A DNA stretch of 63,990 nt, counting the filler. It is 7 parts of 7 records of this genome, joined end to end, with 100 filler letters (N's around TTAATTAATTAA, not from the genome) between each part and the next. Parts side by side here need not be neighbours in the genome. Positions count along the whole stretch, not along the records: positions 10,623 to 23,316 come from SRR20825010_1431; positions 23,417 to 30,288 come from SRR20825010_1435; 5 more parts are not named here. One strand, 5' to 3'. Each line of letters opens with the position of its first letter. The first letter of the stretch is position 1. This document shows, in pieces, positions 19,175 to 28,691 of the stretch. Made by a program: the position numbers and the translations under genes. The notes beneath the pieces are model-generated. The model did no database searches. It had not been told where the DNA came from and saw nothing but the letters and a program-made list of their open reading frames with translations.

Positions 19175-22129
19175 TTAATCATTCCCGCCTTTTTTCTTTG
19201 CATCAATTTCTTTTATGATTGCGCTCAACTCCGAATCTGAGAGTATCTCGGGGAAAAGAAGGTCTAAATATTCAGCTTTCTCAAAACCTTTGAATCTATA
19301 CGCTTTCTTGTTTTCAACACCAGTGACATAAATAAGATCTCCTTGATATATATCAGAGGTGAAGGTTGTACTCTTATCAAGAGTTCCCTCTTTAGCAAAA
19401 GAGAATCTACCATCTTTTAACTTAGTTAAAACTACTTTTTCATCGTCTATTGGTAGCTTTTTAATGTCTCCCAAAAAGTAACCTGCCCTCTGAGGATATT
19501 CAGCATAATAAGTACTGCCACTAGAAATGTCATACACCAACTCACTCCATGTTTCGGACTCTGGCAGGTTGTTTACATAAATGCGTCTAACATCCAGTTG
19601 TGATTCTCCATTTATAAAGAATGCTAGGTTTTTTTCTTCCCATTTCAGCGCCTTGTGGTCGTTTGGTCCGATGGCAATTTTAGTAGCCCCTTCAATATCA
19701 CCCTGTGTAAAGTAGCCCTCAAGTTGATAGGTAACATTGTTTAGGGTGTCATGGACTAGCGCATCAGAGTCTCCTAGATTGCCAAAAAATTGCAAATAGT
19801 CATTAATCGGATTCCCCTTTTCATCCCATAAATAATAAGAACCCGCTACTTTTTTAAAGGTATTTGGCTTGGCTCTTACTGCTTCTACATTTTCTTTTGG
19901 CTTTGAGGGGTCAACATTCAACTTGCTCGCCAGACTGGCAACATCCATATCTAACACCATTTCTGCAGGAAGGAATTCACCAAGCTTTATGTCTTTAAAC
20001 CCTTTAAAACGATAGGCTTTCACTGCATTTGAAGCAGTTGTATAGAAATGGACTAAGTCATCCCCATCCATTAGGCTATAATCATAGTTACCTAAAGTTT
20101 CGCCCTTTGTGAAAATAACCCATTGTTCCTTTTCCAATTTCATAATATAGGTATGTGCAGTATTCCACGGTAACGCCTTCATTGGTCCAACTCTAGCCGT
20201 TCCTTTTAAATCGTATTGCATACCGTAACTGGTATTGAAAATTGTGTCATAAACGACAGCCCCATATTTCACCTGATCAGCATAGAGCTTACGGGATCCC
20301 AAATTACTATTGACCAATCGCGTACCGTTAACATAGTAGGTGATGTTTTTATTCTCGTTATACAAATAGTAGATTGATTCTTCTCCTTTAGACAAAACCG
20401 TTACAGGCTGATTTGGAAACTCTTTATCATCAGGTTTCTCATAAATACCATCCATTCTTAAATACTCGCCTGTCAGAGAAAAATAAGTTACAAGTTGATC
20501 ATCAGGAGCTCGGGTAGAAGTTTCTGCAAGATTAGTTACTATAGTGCCGTCAGAAGTTTTTAATCGATACTTGCTATTTGCGAGGTTATCGTAAACAAAA
20601 TGATTAAAATTAATGGAAGGATAACGCTCTTTTAGTCGCTTTAAAGGCTCCGTTAATTTTTCGGCAACATGAATATCACCAGGCTTACCATTATCGTATT
20701 TAGACCTAAAATCGGTTAATAGATACCACCCGTCCTTGCTGGTACTTGCGCTAATCAATCTACTGCCATCAGGCATTTCTAATTGTTTTCTAACGCCAAG
20801 CCCATAGCCCTTTGAAATAAAAGCGTAAGTGCTGTCGGTCATTTTTCCCCAAAACAAATTGTTATCTAGAAATTCAACCTTATGAAGCCCAAATTCTTCA
20901 TCTGGATCTTTAATGGCTAAAAATGATTTATCTTGACTGTCTAAATAGTTGACGCTATTGGCTCCTACATCATATTTGCTTTTGCCTTTGGTTATAGTAA
21001 GTCCCTTCTGGAAAATAGTGAGGTAAGTTGACCCCGAAGCCCAAAAGAAATCTTCGGTGTTATGTGACACAATTATACCTTCATGCCAGGTGGTTTGATT
21101 CGTATTGTTATTATAGCCCTTTAACACAATTGTGGTGCTTGAAGAAGCCACATAAGTGATGTAATCGTATGTTCCTGGTATAACAATTGGGCTAGTTGCC
21201 GACACTATTTTACCATTAATTGCTACTTGAAATTGAGAGTATGACTGCCTTATATACTGTGCCCTATCATCCTCGGCTGTCATCTCTGTTCTACCTGTAG
21301 TTTGACCATCGGCATAGCTGATTTTTCGTAACACCAAACTGGATCTGCCAAACTGCTGATCTAACACTTCACTTTTTATCCAACTTCCTTGTGCATCACT
21401 TTCAAAATAATGCTTCACTGTACCTTGCTGATTGTTCCCTAAGTTCTTTGTGGTTTCTTGAACTTTCAACTTTGTGGTTTTATCTGTTAAAGTAACAATA
21501 GAAAATGTTCCATTAGCGGTTGCTCTGGTTTCAGAAGTTATTTCATTTGTACCTTCCTCTTTATACTCAAATGTGGAGATCACCCTAGCCACCTCTTCTC
21601 CGGTTAATTTCTGGGAAGTTTTAGTAATTCTATTTTGTGCATCTCTTTCGTTGTAGACTATTCCTTTAACCTCTCCATCCTCTGCCACCTCTATTTCTAT
21701 AAGTTGATCCTTGTCATTATAAGTATAGTTTTTAACGGTAGTAATTAAGCCTTGCACTTGCGTAGTTGTAGCCAGCAAGCCTTTTTTATAGTCGTACTTG
21801 GTGTTGCGCAAATTTAACCCTGTAGCACCATTGGCAATTTTCTCAACCTCCAAAACTCCCTTTTTATCCAACTCGTAAGTGTACGAGTACTTATTACCGG
21901 TTAAGAGCTCGTCTCGGCTAATGTTTATTAAGTTGCCGTTTTTGTCAAATCTTTCAATCTCAACTACAGATTTTTGAAGTCCCTTTTCCGCCACAAACTC
22001 ATAGTAGGTATTTATAATACTGGTGACTTTACCTTTTACTCCTTTAGATGCTAAAGTGGTTGTTTCAAATAATTGTGCCTTTGCGGAAAAGGCAAAAACC
22101 ATAAATAAGAATAGGGCGATTTTTTTCAT
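19175..22129 (-). CDS. Large exported protein: YD-like N-terminal beta domain plus internal tandem repeats of about 238 aa
   Basis: Signal peptide AKA|Q; VKGKVTSI, FDKNGNL, YTYNDKDQL, RKISY; KAYRFKGF occurs twice, 238 codons apart. Confidence 0.8.
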   Translation of the reverse strand: MKKIALFLFMVFAFSAKAQLFETTTLASKGVKGKVTSIINTYYEFVAEKGLQKSVVEIERFDKNGNLINISRDELLTGNKYSYTYELDKKGVLEVEKIANGATGLNLRNTKYDYKKGLLATTTQVQGLITTVKNYTYNDKDQLIEIEVAEDGEVKGIVYNERDAQNRITKTSQKLTGEEVARVISTFEYKEEGTNEITSETRATANGTFSIVTLTDKTTKLKVQETTKNLGNNQQGTVKHYFESDAQGSWIKSEVLDQQFGRSSLVLRKISYADGQTTGRTEMTAEDDRAQYIRQSYSQFQVAINGKIVSATSPIVIPGTYDYITYVASSSTTIVLKGYNNNTNQTTWHEGIIVSHNTEDFFWASGSTYLTIFQKGLTITKGKSKYDVGANSVNYLDSQDKSFLAIKDPDEEFGLHKVEFLDNNLFWGKMTDSTYAFISKGYGLGVRKQLEMPDGSRLISASTSKDGWYLLTDFRSKYDNGKPGDIHVAEKLTEPLKRLKERYPSINFNHFVYDNLANSKYRLKTSDGTIVTNLAETSTRAPDDQLVTYFSLTGEYLRMDGIYEKPDDKEFPNQPVTVLSKGEESIYYLYNENKNITYYVNGTRLVNSNLGSRKLYADQVKYGAVVYDTIFNTSYGMQYDLKGTARVGPMKALPWNTAHTYIMKLEKEQWVIFTKGETLGNYDYSLMDGDDLVHFYTTASNAVKAYRFKGFKDIKLGEFLPAEMVLDMDVASLASKLNVDPSKPKENVEAVRAKPNTFKKVAGSYYLWDEKGNPINDYLQFFGNLGDSDALVHDTLNNVTYQLEGYFTQGDIEGATKIAIGPNDHKALKWEEKNLAFFINGESQLDVRRIYVNNLPESETWSELVYDISSGSTYYAEYPQRAGYFLGDIKKLPIDDEKVVLTKLKDGRFSFAKEGTLDKSTTFTSDIYQGDLIYVTGVENKKAYRFKGFEKAEYLDLLFPEILSDSELSAIIKEIDAKKKGGND

Positions 22130-22186
22130 GAGTACAGCATTTAGTGGTCAATCAAGGCTATTGAAAATCAAGCGTTTGGATTAATG

Positions 22187-22258
22187 TAAAATTAAAACCA
22201 CTCTGCGTTTGAAGGAATACGCTAGGCACGGGGTATTTACATCCGTGCTGGTACGGAT
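22187..22258 (-). promoter_or_regulatory. Regulated promoter 4: near-perfect palindrome ATCCGTGCTGGTACGGAT (22241-22258) plus -7-like element (minus strand TAATTTTA, 22187-22194)
   Basis: Best copy of the box, 40 bp downstream of the response regulator stop; same 54-bp offset. Confidence 0.75.
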
Positions 22259-22297
22259 GGGGAGCATATAAAGATAATTAATGGGATATGAGGGGGA

Positions 22298-22915
22298 TTA
22301 GATCAAATTGTTCGCGTAAGCAAATTTGATAAGCCCTACCAAAGAACTGGTTTTTGTTTTGCGAAAAATATTCTTTCGGTGGGTTTCTACGGTGCGCTCA
22401 CTGATAAAAAGCTCTTCAGCAATTTGCTTGTTGGAATATTCTTGAGAAATCAGTTTTAGAATTTCACGTTCACGCGAAGTCAGTAATTTACCTTCGTCTG
22501 GTTCGTAAAGGCTTTTTACCAGCATGGCATTAATTTCCGTAGACATGTACATCTTCCCCCCTCTTACCGCATAAATGGCTTCGATCAATTCTGCTTTTGT
22601 GTCCTTCTTCAACACATAACCATTTACGCCTTCTTTAAGAATTTCCTTCACCAAATGGGCTTCATCGTGCATACTCAAAATGATGAATTTCATATCTGGA
22701 AAAAGACGTTTAGATTTTTGCACTAGGCTCAAACCGTCATCATCGCCTAGGTTGTAATCGGTAATCACCAAGTCGGGTTTGTGCTTGTCGATGGAGCGGA
22801 TGGCCTCAGGTACAGAGCCCACGGCATCTACCACAGAAAGCATTTCATCTTCTTCTATCAGCTTTATAAGGCCATCTAATAATATGGCATGATCATCGAC
22901 AAGGAGGATTTTCAT
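22298..22915 (-). CDS. NarL/LuxR-family DNA-binding response regulator
   Basis: MKILLVDDH, DLVITD, ILSMHD, GYVLK; LTSREREILKLI...IAEELFISERTVETHRKNI HTH. Confidence 0.93.
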   Translation of the reverse strand: MKILLVDDHAILLDGLIKLIEEDEMLSVVDAVGSVPEAIRSIDKHKPDLVITDYNLGDDDGLSLVQKSKRLFPDMKFIILSMHDEAHLVKEILKEGVNGYVLKKDTKAELIEAIYAVRGGKMYMSTEINAMLVKSLYEPDEGKLLTSREREILKLISQEYSNKQIAEELFISERTVETHRKNIFRKTKTSSLVGLIKFAYANNLI

Positions 22916-23003
22916 CGTTTCTGCTATTTGTTCCCTGCCCACAAAATTGAACAACCATTTCATAGGGGCAAGGTATTCTCTCTAATCTATTAAAAATATC
23001 CGA

Positions 23004-23316
23004 CTAAGCGGTGAATTCACTTTCAGTACTGGTGGGTATTTTTATGATTGATGCATTGGCCAAATTAACGGTCATCATACTGCCGCATCTGTCTGGGTGG
23101 GTATCTAAATCAAACTCTCCTTTGATCAGATTCAATCGAGTTTGGATGTTCTTCCAGCCATTCCCTTTGCCACTATAAAAGAGTTCAGCATCAAAGCCCT
23201 TTCCATCATCTTCCACGGTTAAAGTCAGCTCCTCTTCGTCTCTGGTCAGCTGAATGGTAATATAGGTGGCTTCTGCATACTTCATTACATTGTTCACCCA
23301 TTCTTGGCAAATTCTG
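23004..23316 (-). CDS. Sensor histidine kinase C-terminal HATPase domain (NarX/UhpB type), 5' truncated
   Basis: RICQEWVNNVMKYA, VEDDGKGFD, GNGWKNIQTR. Confidence 0.85.
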
Positions 23317-23416
23317 NNNNNNNNNNNNNNNNNNNNNNNNNNNNNNNNNNNNNNNNNNNNTTAATTAATTAANNNNNNNNNNNNNNNNNNNNNNNNNNNN
23401 NNNNNNNNNNNNNNNN
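23317..23416. other. Artificial contig spacer
   Basis: 44 N + TTAATTAATTAA + 44 N. Confidence 0.98.
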
Positions 23417-23426
23417 ATTTTAACAA

Positions 23427-24422
23427 ATGACACTCCACGAAATAGCCAACATTCTTTTACATCCAGCCGAAGACATTCCCACCATCGAAAAGACGTTGGA
23501 TGCATACAGATCAATCTTATCTGAGATTTCGATACTGAATTTTGATGCTTCAGAGCAGAAGACAAATCTCACTTTCGAAAATGGAATGGCCATAGGAACT
23601 ACGTGGGCGGCGATGTGTTTGGACGACGTTCTCCGCACCAAACGATTTATTCGAGGTTTGCATTTGGCGATAGAATCCTTCCAAAAAGAGAAGCAAGCGC
23701 CCATTCATGTGCTTTATGCCGGAACAGGGCCTTACGCAACACTTATGCTTCCCATTCTTGCACATTATTCGGCGAACGAAGTGAAGGTGTCGTTGATGGA
23801 TATTAATGTGGCTAGCTTAGAAAATGTGAAGCACGTCATCCAGAAACTCGGCTTTGAAGAGCATGTTATTCATTATCATTTGGAAGACGCAACCACGTTT
23901 CAGGTTCCCAATGCCGAAATGATCGATATTTTAATCAGCGAGACAATGCAACACGCCCTTCAGGTTGAGCAGCAGGTGCCTATTGTTTATAATATTGTTC
24001 CCCAATTAAGAGAAGATGCACTGCTTATACCTGAAAAAATTTCATTGGAAATCGCGATTTTAAGATTGGACAATTTATCTGACAAAAATCTACAACCATT
24101 CATCCTGGGGGAAGCATTTGATCTAAGTAAAGAAAAGATTCTTTCAGATTTAAAGAATACGAAGCCGACTTCTAATCTCACGAAGTTGCAAGCACAAGAA
24201 CTTTCGATGAATCAATTTCAATTTGATGAAAAGCAGCAAAACCTGTTAGCTATTCTAACAACTATTTATGTTTTTGAAGATCAAGTTCTGAACACAAGTG
24301 ATAGTGGATTGACAGTTCCGAAGATTCTTCTTCCAATCGACGAACACCTTTTAAATAAGCCAAAAATTCTAACTGAATATCACGTAGGAGCAGAAAATGA
24401 ATTGAGTGTACGGCTATTCTAG
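23427..24422 (+). CDS. Class I SAM-dependent methyltransferase, PRMT-like
   Basis: VLYAGTGPY motif I, MDIN, EDAT, DILISETMQHALQVE, LLIPEKISL. An in-frame TAA at 23421 bounds the start. Confidence 0.72.
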   Translation: MTLHEIANILLHPAEDIPTIEKTLDAYRSILSEISILNFDASEQKTNLTFENGMAIGTTWAAMCLDDVLRTKRFIRGLHLAIESFQKEKQAPIHVLYAGTGPYATLMLPILAHYSANEVKVSLMDINVASLENVKHVIQKLGFEEHVIHYHLEDATTFQVPNAEMIDILISETMQHALQVEQQVPIVYNIVPQLREDALLIPEKISLEIAILRLDNLSDKNLQPFILGEAFDLSKEKILSDLKNTKPTSNLTKLQAQELSMNQFQFDEKQQNLLAILTTIYVFEDQVLNTSDSGLTVPKILLPIDEHLLNKPKILTEYHVGAENELSVRLF

Positions 24423-25331
24423 TTTGCTTGAATTACGAATATCTAGAATCATACTTCCTGATCCACCATCACCAAACACTTTAATCTCATATAGATCTTC
24501 AGCCTTGTGGAAGTCAACAATCTCCTCAATGCCCGTTCTCCATTTATTATAGCTGTAAACCTCATCTCTTTCTAATGATCGAATGGTAAATTCATTTTCT
24601 GTTCCGGGAGCAACCAGATGCAAGTACAAATCTCCTCCATTAATGATAACAAGAGTATCTTGATGTTCAATTAAACCAGATGTGATCAATTTTACCTGAT
24701 GCCCATTATACAACTTCCTAAGATAGAGTTGATGGTTAATGTTACTTTGTTGATCTGAATCCACTTCGGAAACAATCATTACACTATGCCTATTGAGCTG
24801 ATGAAGTAGTTCAAATATCCCTCTTTTTGTTTTAAAGGAATTAATATATTCATCCGTCAGAAAAACTGGAATAGCAGCTGCATCGTTTGGGGCATTAACA
24901 AAATAAGTACTATCCTTCAACCACACTTTTCGCGGAAACATTTCTCCAACCCCAATCGCTTCCAGTTGGTTAGAATCGACACCTCTTGCGACCAATCGAA
25001 TAATCAGATCATCCGCTCTGCGCTGCGTCAAGGCTAAATTCAAAGAATCGCTCCCGCGTGAATCAGAGTGGACTCGAATTTCAAATTTCGCTTGTTTGTT
25101 AGACGATATAAAATTGGCCAAACTATCAAAGAACAAATCATGTTCTCTTTCAAACTCATCTTCAGCCCAATTCACTCCCCAACGAACACATGTAGGATAC
25201 CTTAATTCAGGTAAGTCGAACGATTTGCCTTCCCAAAGAGAATCTTGAGAATTGACGTTGAAGCAAAAAAGTAAGAAAAGAAGTAGAATTCTCACATTGA
25301 ATAAATTAGATTGATTACTAAATATACTCAT
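24414..25331 (-). CDS. OmpA-like peptidoglycan-binding domain protein
   Basis: Signal-like N-terminus; HSDSRGSDSLNLALTQRRA, AIGVGE, QLNR. Confidence 0.75.
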   Translation of the reverse strand: MSIFSNQSNLFNVRILLLFLLFCFNVNSQDSLWEGKSFDLPELRYPTCVRWGVNWAEDEFEREHDLFFDSLANFISSNKQAKFEIRVHSDSRGSDSLNLALTQRRADDLIIRLVARGVDSNQLEAIGVGEMFPRKVWLKDSTYFVNAPNDAAAIPVFLTDEYINSFKTKRGIFELLHQLNRHSVMIVSEVDSDQQSNINHQLYLRKLYNGHQVKLITSGLIEHQDTLVIINGGDLYLHLVAPGTENEFTIRSLERDEVYSYNKWRTGIEEIVDFHKAEDLYEIKVFGDGGSGSMILDIRNSSKLE

Positions 25332-25372
25332 TCGATATAATCAGCATACTTGGATCACTCTTCAAAACATCT

Positions 25373-26314
25373 CTAAATTCGATGAAACGTGGCAATCGCC
25401 TTTTTTATTTCTTCCAAATTTTGTCCCCCTTCAGCGTGTGTTGTTCCAAGCAGGATATAATACATGTTGTCACTAAATAAAATCACTTGATAGATCGTAG
25501 AATGCATTTTTTTTGTTGGACTTACTCCTTCTGCTGTAATGGCATAACCAGAAATACTGTCAAGTGTTATTGGTTCAATTGATAGTATTTCTTGATCTTC
25601 AAAAGGAGTCTGCTTAAATCTATTAAGGCAAAAAAGTTTATGATCTTTCGTTTCAATCTCAGAAAATGATTTCGTCATAATTAGAGCACTTCCACTCCTA
25701 TCCTTAGTAGGAACAAGTCCATCGAAGGTGTACAATAGTCCTAATAAAAGTCCCTGAGCGAAAACAAAGCGCGTACTGTCTTCATTGATTTCAAAATCAA
25801 TCCCTTCTCGTGGATTCGCCACTAATTGATCGTCGAAAATAACAGACATAATTGAGTTCGCTACGACCTTTTCTATTTCTTTAAACTCGGACGGTGAAGC
25901 ACAGTTGATCATCACCGTCTCTTTTTCTGTTCCGGTAACTAGAATCTGCTTCGTGTATGTCGCCCCTCTACTCGATTGTTTTCCTAAAATTCTCAACGCG
26001 ATCAAATCATTAATGATCAAAGTATCTATCTGCTCGACTTCGATTCCTTTCGTCAAAAGTGCTTCTTTCGTAAACCCAGGAATCAATTCATCGATGGAAC
26101 TAGGCATTTCCACTACCATCATGCTTGACCCACTTTCATTGTGCTGAAATCCTTTAAAATTAGAGGCGATTGTAAATCCTTCAGGAGCAATTAATCTCAC
26201 TTTGGTTCCAGAAATGAGTTGGTGTTCAGTACTGATGAAGTTCTTGATTGAATCTTGCCCAAATGTTGTTAAACAAAGGAATAACAACAGAATTCCAATA
26301 ACGTGCTTCTTCAT
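25373..26314 (-). CDS. Exported hypothetical protein
   Basis: Signal peptide TFG|QD; 313-aa ORF. Confidence 0.7.
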   Translation of the reverse strand: MKKHVIGILLLFLCLTTFGQDSIKNFISTEHQLISGTKVRLIAPEGFTIASNFKGFQHNESGSSMMVVEMPSSIDELIPGFTKEALLTKGIEVEQIDTLIINDLIALRILGKQSSRGATYTKQILVTGTEKETVMINCASPSEFKEIEKVVANSIMSVIFDDQLVANPREGIDFEINEDSTRFVFAQGLLLGLLYTFDGLVPTKDRSGSALIMTKSFSEIETKDHKLFCLNRFKQTPFEDQEILSIEPITLDSISGYAITAEGVSPTKKMHSTIYQVILFSDNMYYILLGTTHAEGGQNLEEIKKAIATFHRI

Positions 26315-26393
26315 TTTTGGTATTGATTAGTGTAGGGTGTAAAGATAAAACTTATCTGTTGGCTTCGAGAGCCTCAGTCTGCAGATCGAAAAA

Positions 26394-28583
26394 CTAAGTA
26401 TCCATTAGAACCCTAATTCCAAGCACACACACGTCGTCAATTTGTTCTTCGTCTTTTCGCCACTGCTCAAAGTCAGTTTTAATTCTATCTTCCTGTTCCA
26501 ACATTGGCAACTCATTATATTTCAATAAATTACTTTGAAACTGTTTTGCTCTAAACTTTTTCGAGAACTCACCACCAAATTGATCGACATAACCATCGGT
26601 AAATAAATAGAGTACATCATTCGAATGTAACTTGAAAGATTGAGAATCGAAATCACTGGCCTTTTCAAATTTTCCAATCGGTTGTCGATTTCCTTTTAGC
26701 TCTATTAATTCGTTATTTCGAATAATCCAAACAGAATTATGAGCGCCTGCAAAGGTGAGTAGATCACCATCAATAACGCAAAGCGCTATATCCATTCCGT
26801 CTTTCACATCTTCTATTCCTTTCGCAAACTCGTCCACGATAATTTCTCGCGTACTATTCAAAATCGCACCCGGATCGGACAGTTCAAATTCTTTAACAGA
26901 TCGATTAAGTGCATTTGTGCAAACTACGCTAACCAAAGCGCCTGGAACACCATGTCCAGTACAATCTGCCACTGCAATCATCAATTTTGAGCCAATCTTT
27001 TGCACCCAATAAAAGTCTCCAGCTACAATGTCCTTTGGTTGATAATAAACAAAGTATTCTCCCAATAACTCATCCAACAATTTTCTGGTTGGAAGAATCG
27101 TTGATTGAATTCTTTTGGCATACGTAATCGAGCTTAAAATTTCGGAATTCTTTTCTTCCAAGTAAGAAAACGCCTTGTCCACTGTTACTTTTTGATGTTC
27201 GATTACCGTTTTTTGTTTAGATGTTACCTTAAAACGATTGTAGATAAATCCTCCAAAAACAAATGAGAGTAGCAGCCCGCCAATTAGGAAATAGGACCTT
27301 TGACGTTGCTGTTTATTCTTCAATTCGGCGGCATCCAATTCAGCCATTCTAACCTTCTCCATATTCGAATTTCGAATGCTATCGGACAAAGCGCGTTTTT
27401 GGTATTCGTATTTATACTGCTGTTCAATGATTGCTTTTTTATTCTCTTCACTATTTAACTGATCCTTTAATTTCGAATAAATCTCGTACATCTCTAACGC
27501 TTTGTCCGTTCGCTTCGTTAGTTTGTATAGTTCATAGAGTGAAAAACTCGCATCGCACTGAATGCTTTGAAACCCATGAATTTTACCCAAATTGAAGGAC
27601 TTCTCACTGTATTCAATTGCCTCTTTAACTCGGTTAGTTTCCGAAAATAGATCTCCGAGATTTTGATAGGAAATTGCCACATCTTCTAGGTTATCTAGCC
27701 TTAAATCGATTTCGAGTCCTTGCTGATAGCATTCCAACGCTTTCTCCAGCTCATTCAAATTATGATAACTCATCCCGAGATTATTCAACGTGGTTGAGAT
27801 TCCCGCTTCATTTCCCAACTCACTAAAAATCTCTTTACTGAGCAGAAAGAGCTCTATCGCCCTTTTATCGTTTTTCATCAATTGGTACGTTGCTCCTAGA
27901 CTATTGTAACTACCTGCCAACCCTTCACGGTCATCTATTTTCTTTTGAATTCGCAAACTCTGTTCACTGTACTCAATTGATTTCTTGTAATTTCCCTGAT
28001 CTCTATTAATAATGGAGAGATTATTTAAAACATACGCTTTAGTGGTTTCATTGTGATTTTCTTCGCAAATTTTGAGGCATTCTGAATAGATCTGAACCGC
28101 TTGAGAATAATCTCCCAGTCCCAAATAGACATTGGCAAGGTTGTTCAAAGAACCCGCAATATCTACATGATTCCCTAATTCTCTGCGAAGTAATAATCCT
28201 TTTTTATGTGCCGCTATTGAATTCTGGTATTGCCCACGATCAAAATAAATCGTTCCAAGATTATTTAATGACTTCGCTAACTTCTCCTTAAAAAAACGCC
28301 GTTCCTTCTTGGATAATTTGTCGTTTAACGTTTTCTCGCAAATGGATTTTATTTTCAGGTTGAGCTCCAAATCCAATCCTGGATTAGATTGCCAAATAAT
28401 ATCATCCCAAGCAATGTACGCATTGATGGCATTCGAATCATCCAAGGATTTATCTATGATTCTTTGAAACTCTTTAATTTCACTTTCCTGCTGTGTAGAT
28501 AATTGAGCATTAGTCACTTGAGGTAAGATTACCCACAAACATATTAAAGCAATTTTAATACTATTTACAACGCTCCTGTACAC
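26394..28583 (-). CDS. Membrane sensor: periplasmic TPR repeats, TM helix, SpoIIE/PP2C phosphatase
   Basis: SLNNLG TPRs; PKDIVAGDFYW, ADCTGHGVPGA, DGMDIA, FTDGYVDQFGG, QIDDV. Confidence 0.9.
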   Translation of the reverse strand: MYRSVVNSIKIALICLWVILPQVTNAQLSTQQESEIKEFQRIIDKSLDDSNAINAYIAWDDIIWQSNPGLDLELNLKIKSICEKTLNDKLSKKERRFFKEKLAKSLNNLGTIYFDRGQYQNSIAAHKKGLLLRRELGNHVDIAGSLNNLANVYLGLGDYSQAVQIYSECLKICEENHNETTKAYVLNNLSIINRDQGNYKKSIEYSEQSLRIQKKIDDREGLAGSYNSLGATYQLMKNDKRAIELFLLSKEIFSELGNEAGISTTLNNLGMSYHNLNELEKALECYQQGLEIDLRLDNLEDVAISYQNLGDLFSETNRVKEAIEYSEKSFNLGKIHGFQSIQCDASFSLYELYKLTKRTDKALEMYEIYSKLKDQLNSEENKKAIIEQQYKYEYQKRALSDSIRNSNMEKVRMAELDAAELKNKQQRQRSYFLIGGLLLSFVFGGFIYNRFKVTSKQKTVIEHQKVTVDKAFSYLEEKNSEILSSITYAKRIQSTILPTRKLLDELLGEYFVYYQPKDIVAGDFYWVQKIGSKLMIAVADCTGHGVPGALVSVVCTNALNRSVKEFELSDPGAILNSTREIIVDEFAKGIEDVKDGMDIALCVIDGDLLTFAGAHNSVWIIRNNELIELKGNRQPIGKFEKASDFDSQSFKLHSNDVLYLFTDGYVDQFGGEFSKKFRAKQFQSNLLKYNELPMLEQEDRIKTDFEQWRKDEEQIDDVCVLGIRVLMDT

Positions 28584-28638
28584 TTTTCAAAAGTACACTT
28601 AATTTTCTATTTGCCTGATTATGATTCACTTTCAAAAC

Positions 28639-28670
28639 AAAAAAAGGACCACCTTTCGATGATCCTTTCC
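28639..28670 (-). terminator. Intrinsic terminator of typA
   Basis: Minus strand AGGATCATC-GAAA-GGTGGTCCT followed by a T run. Confidence 0.8.
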
Positions 28671-28691
28671 AAATTATTTTGATTTAAAAGC

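Noticed and set aside
21250-22129. YD-like region as an RHS/polymorphic toxin
   Set aside because: No RHS core or DPxG cleavage motif, no toxin tip and no small immunity gene.
26394-28583. TPR-PP2C sensor as a novel system
   Set aside because: Common, highly paralogous architecture in Bacteroidota, with no distinctive partners here.
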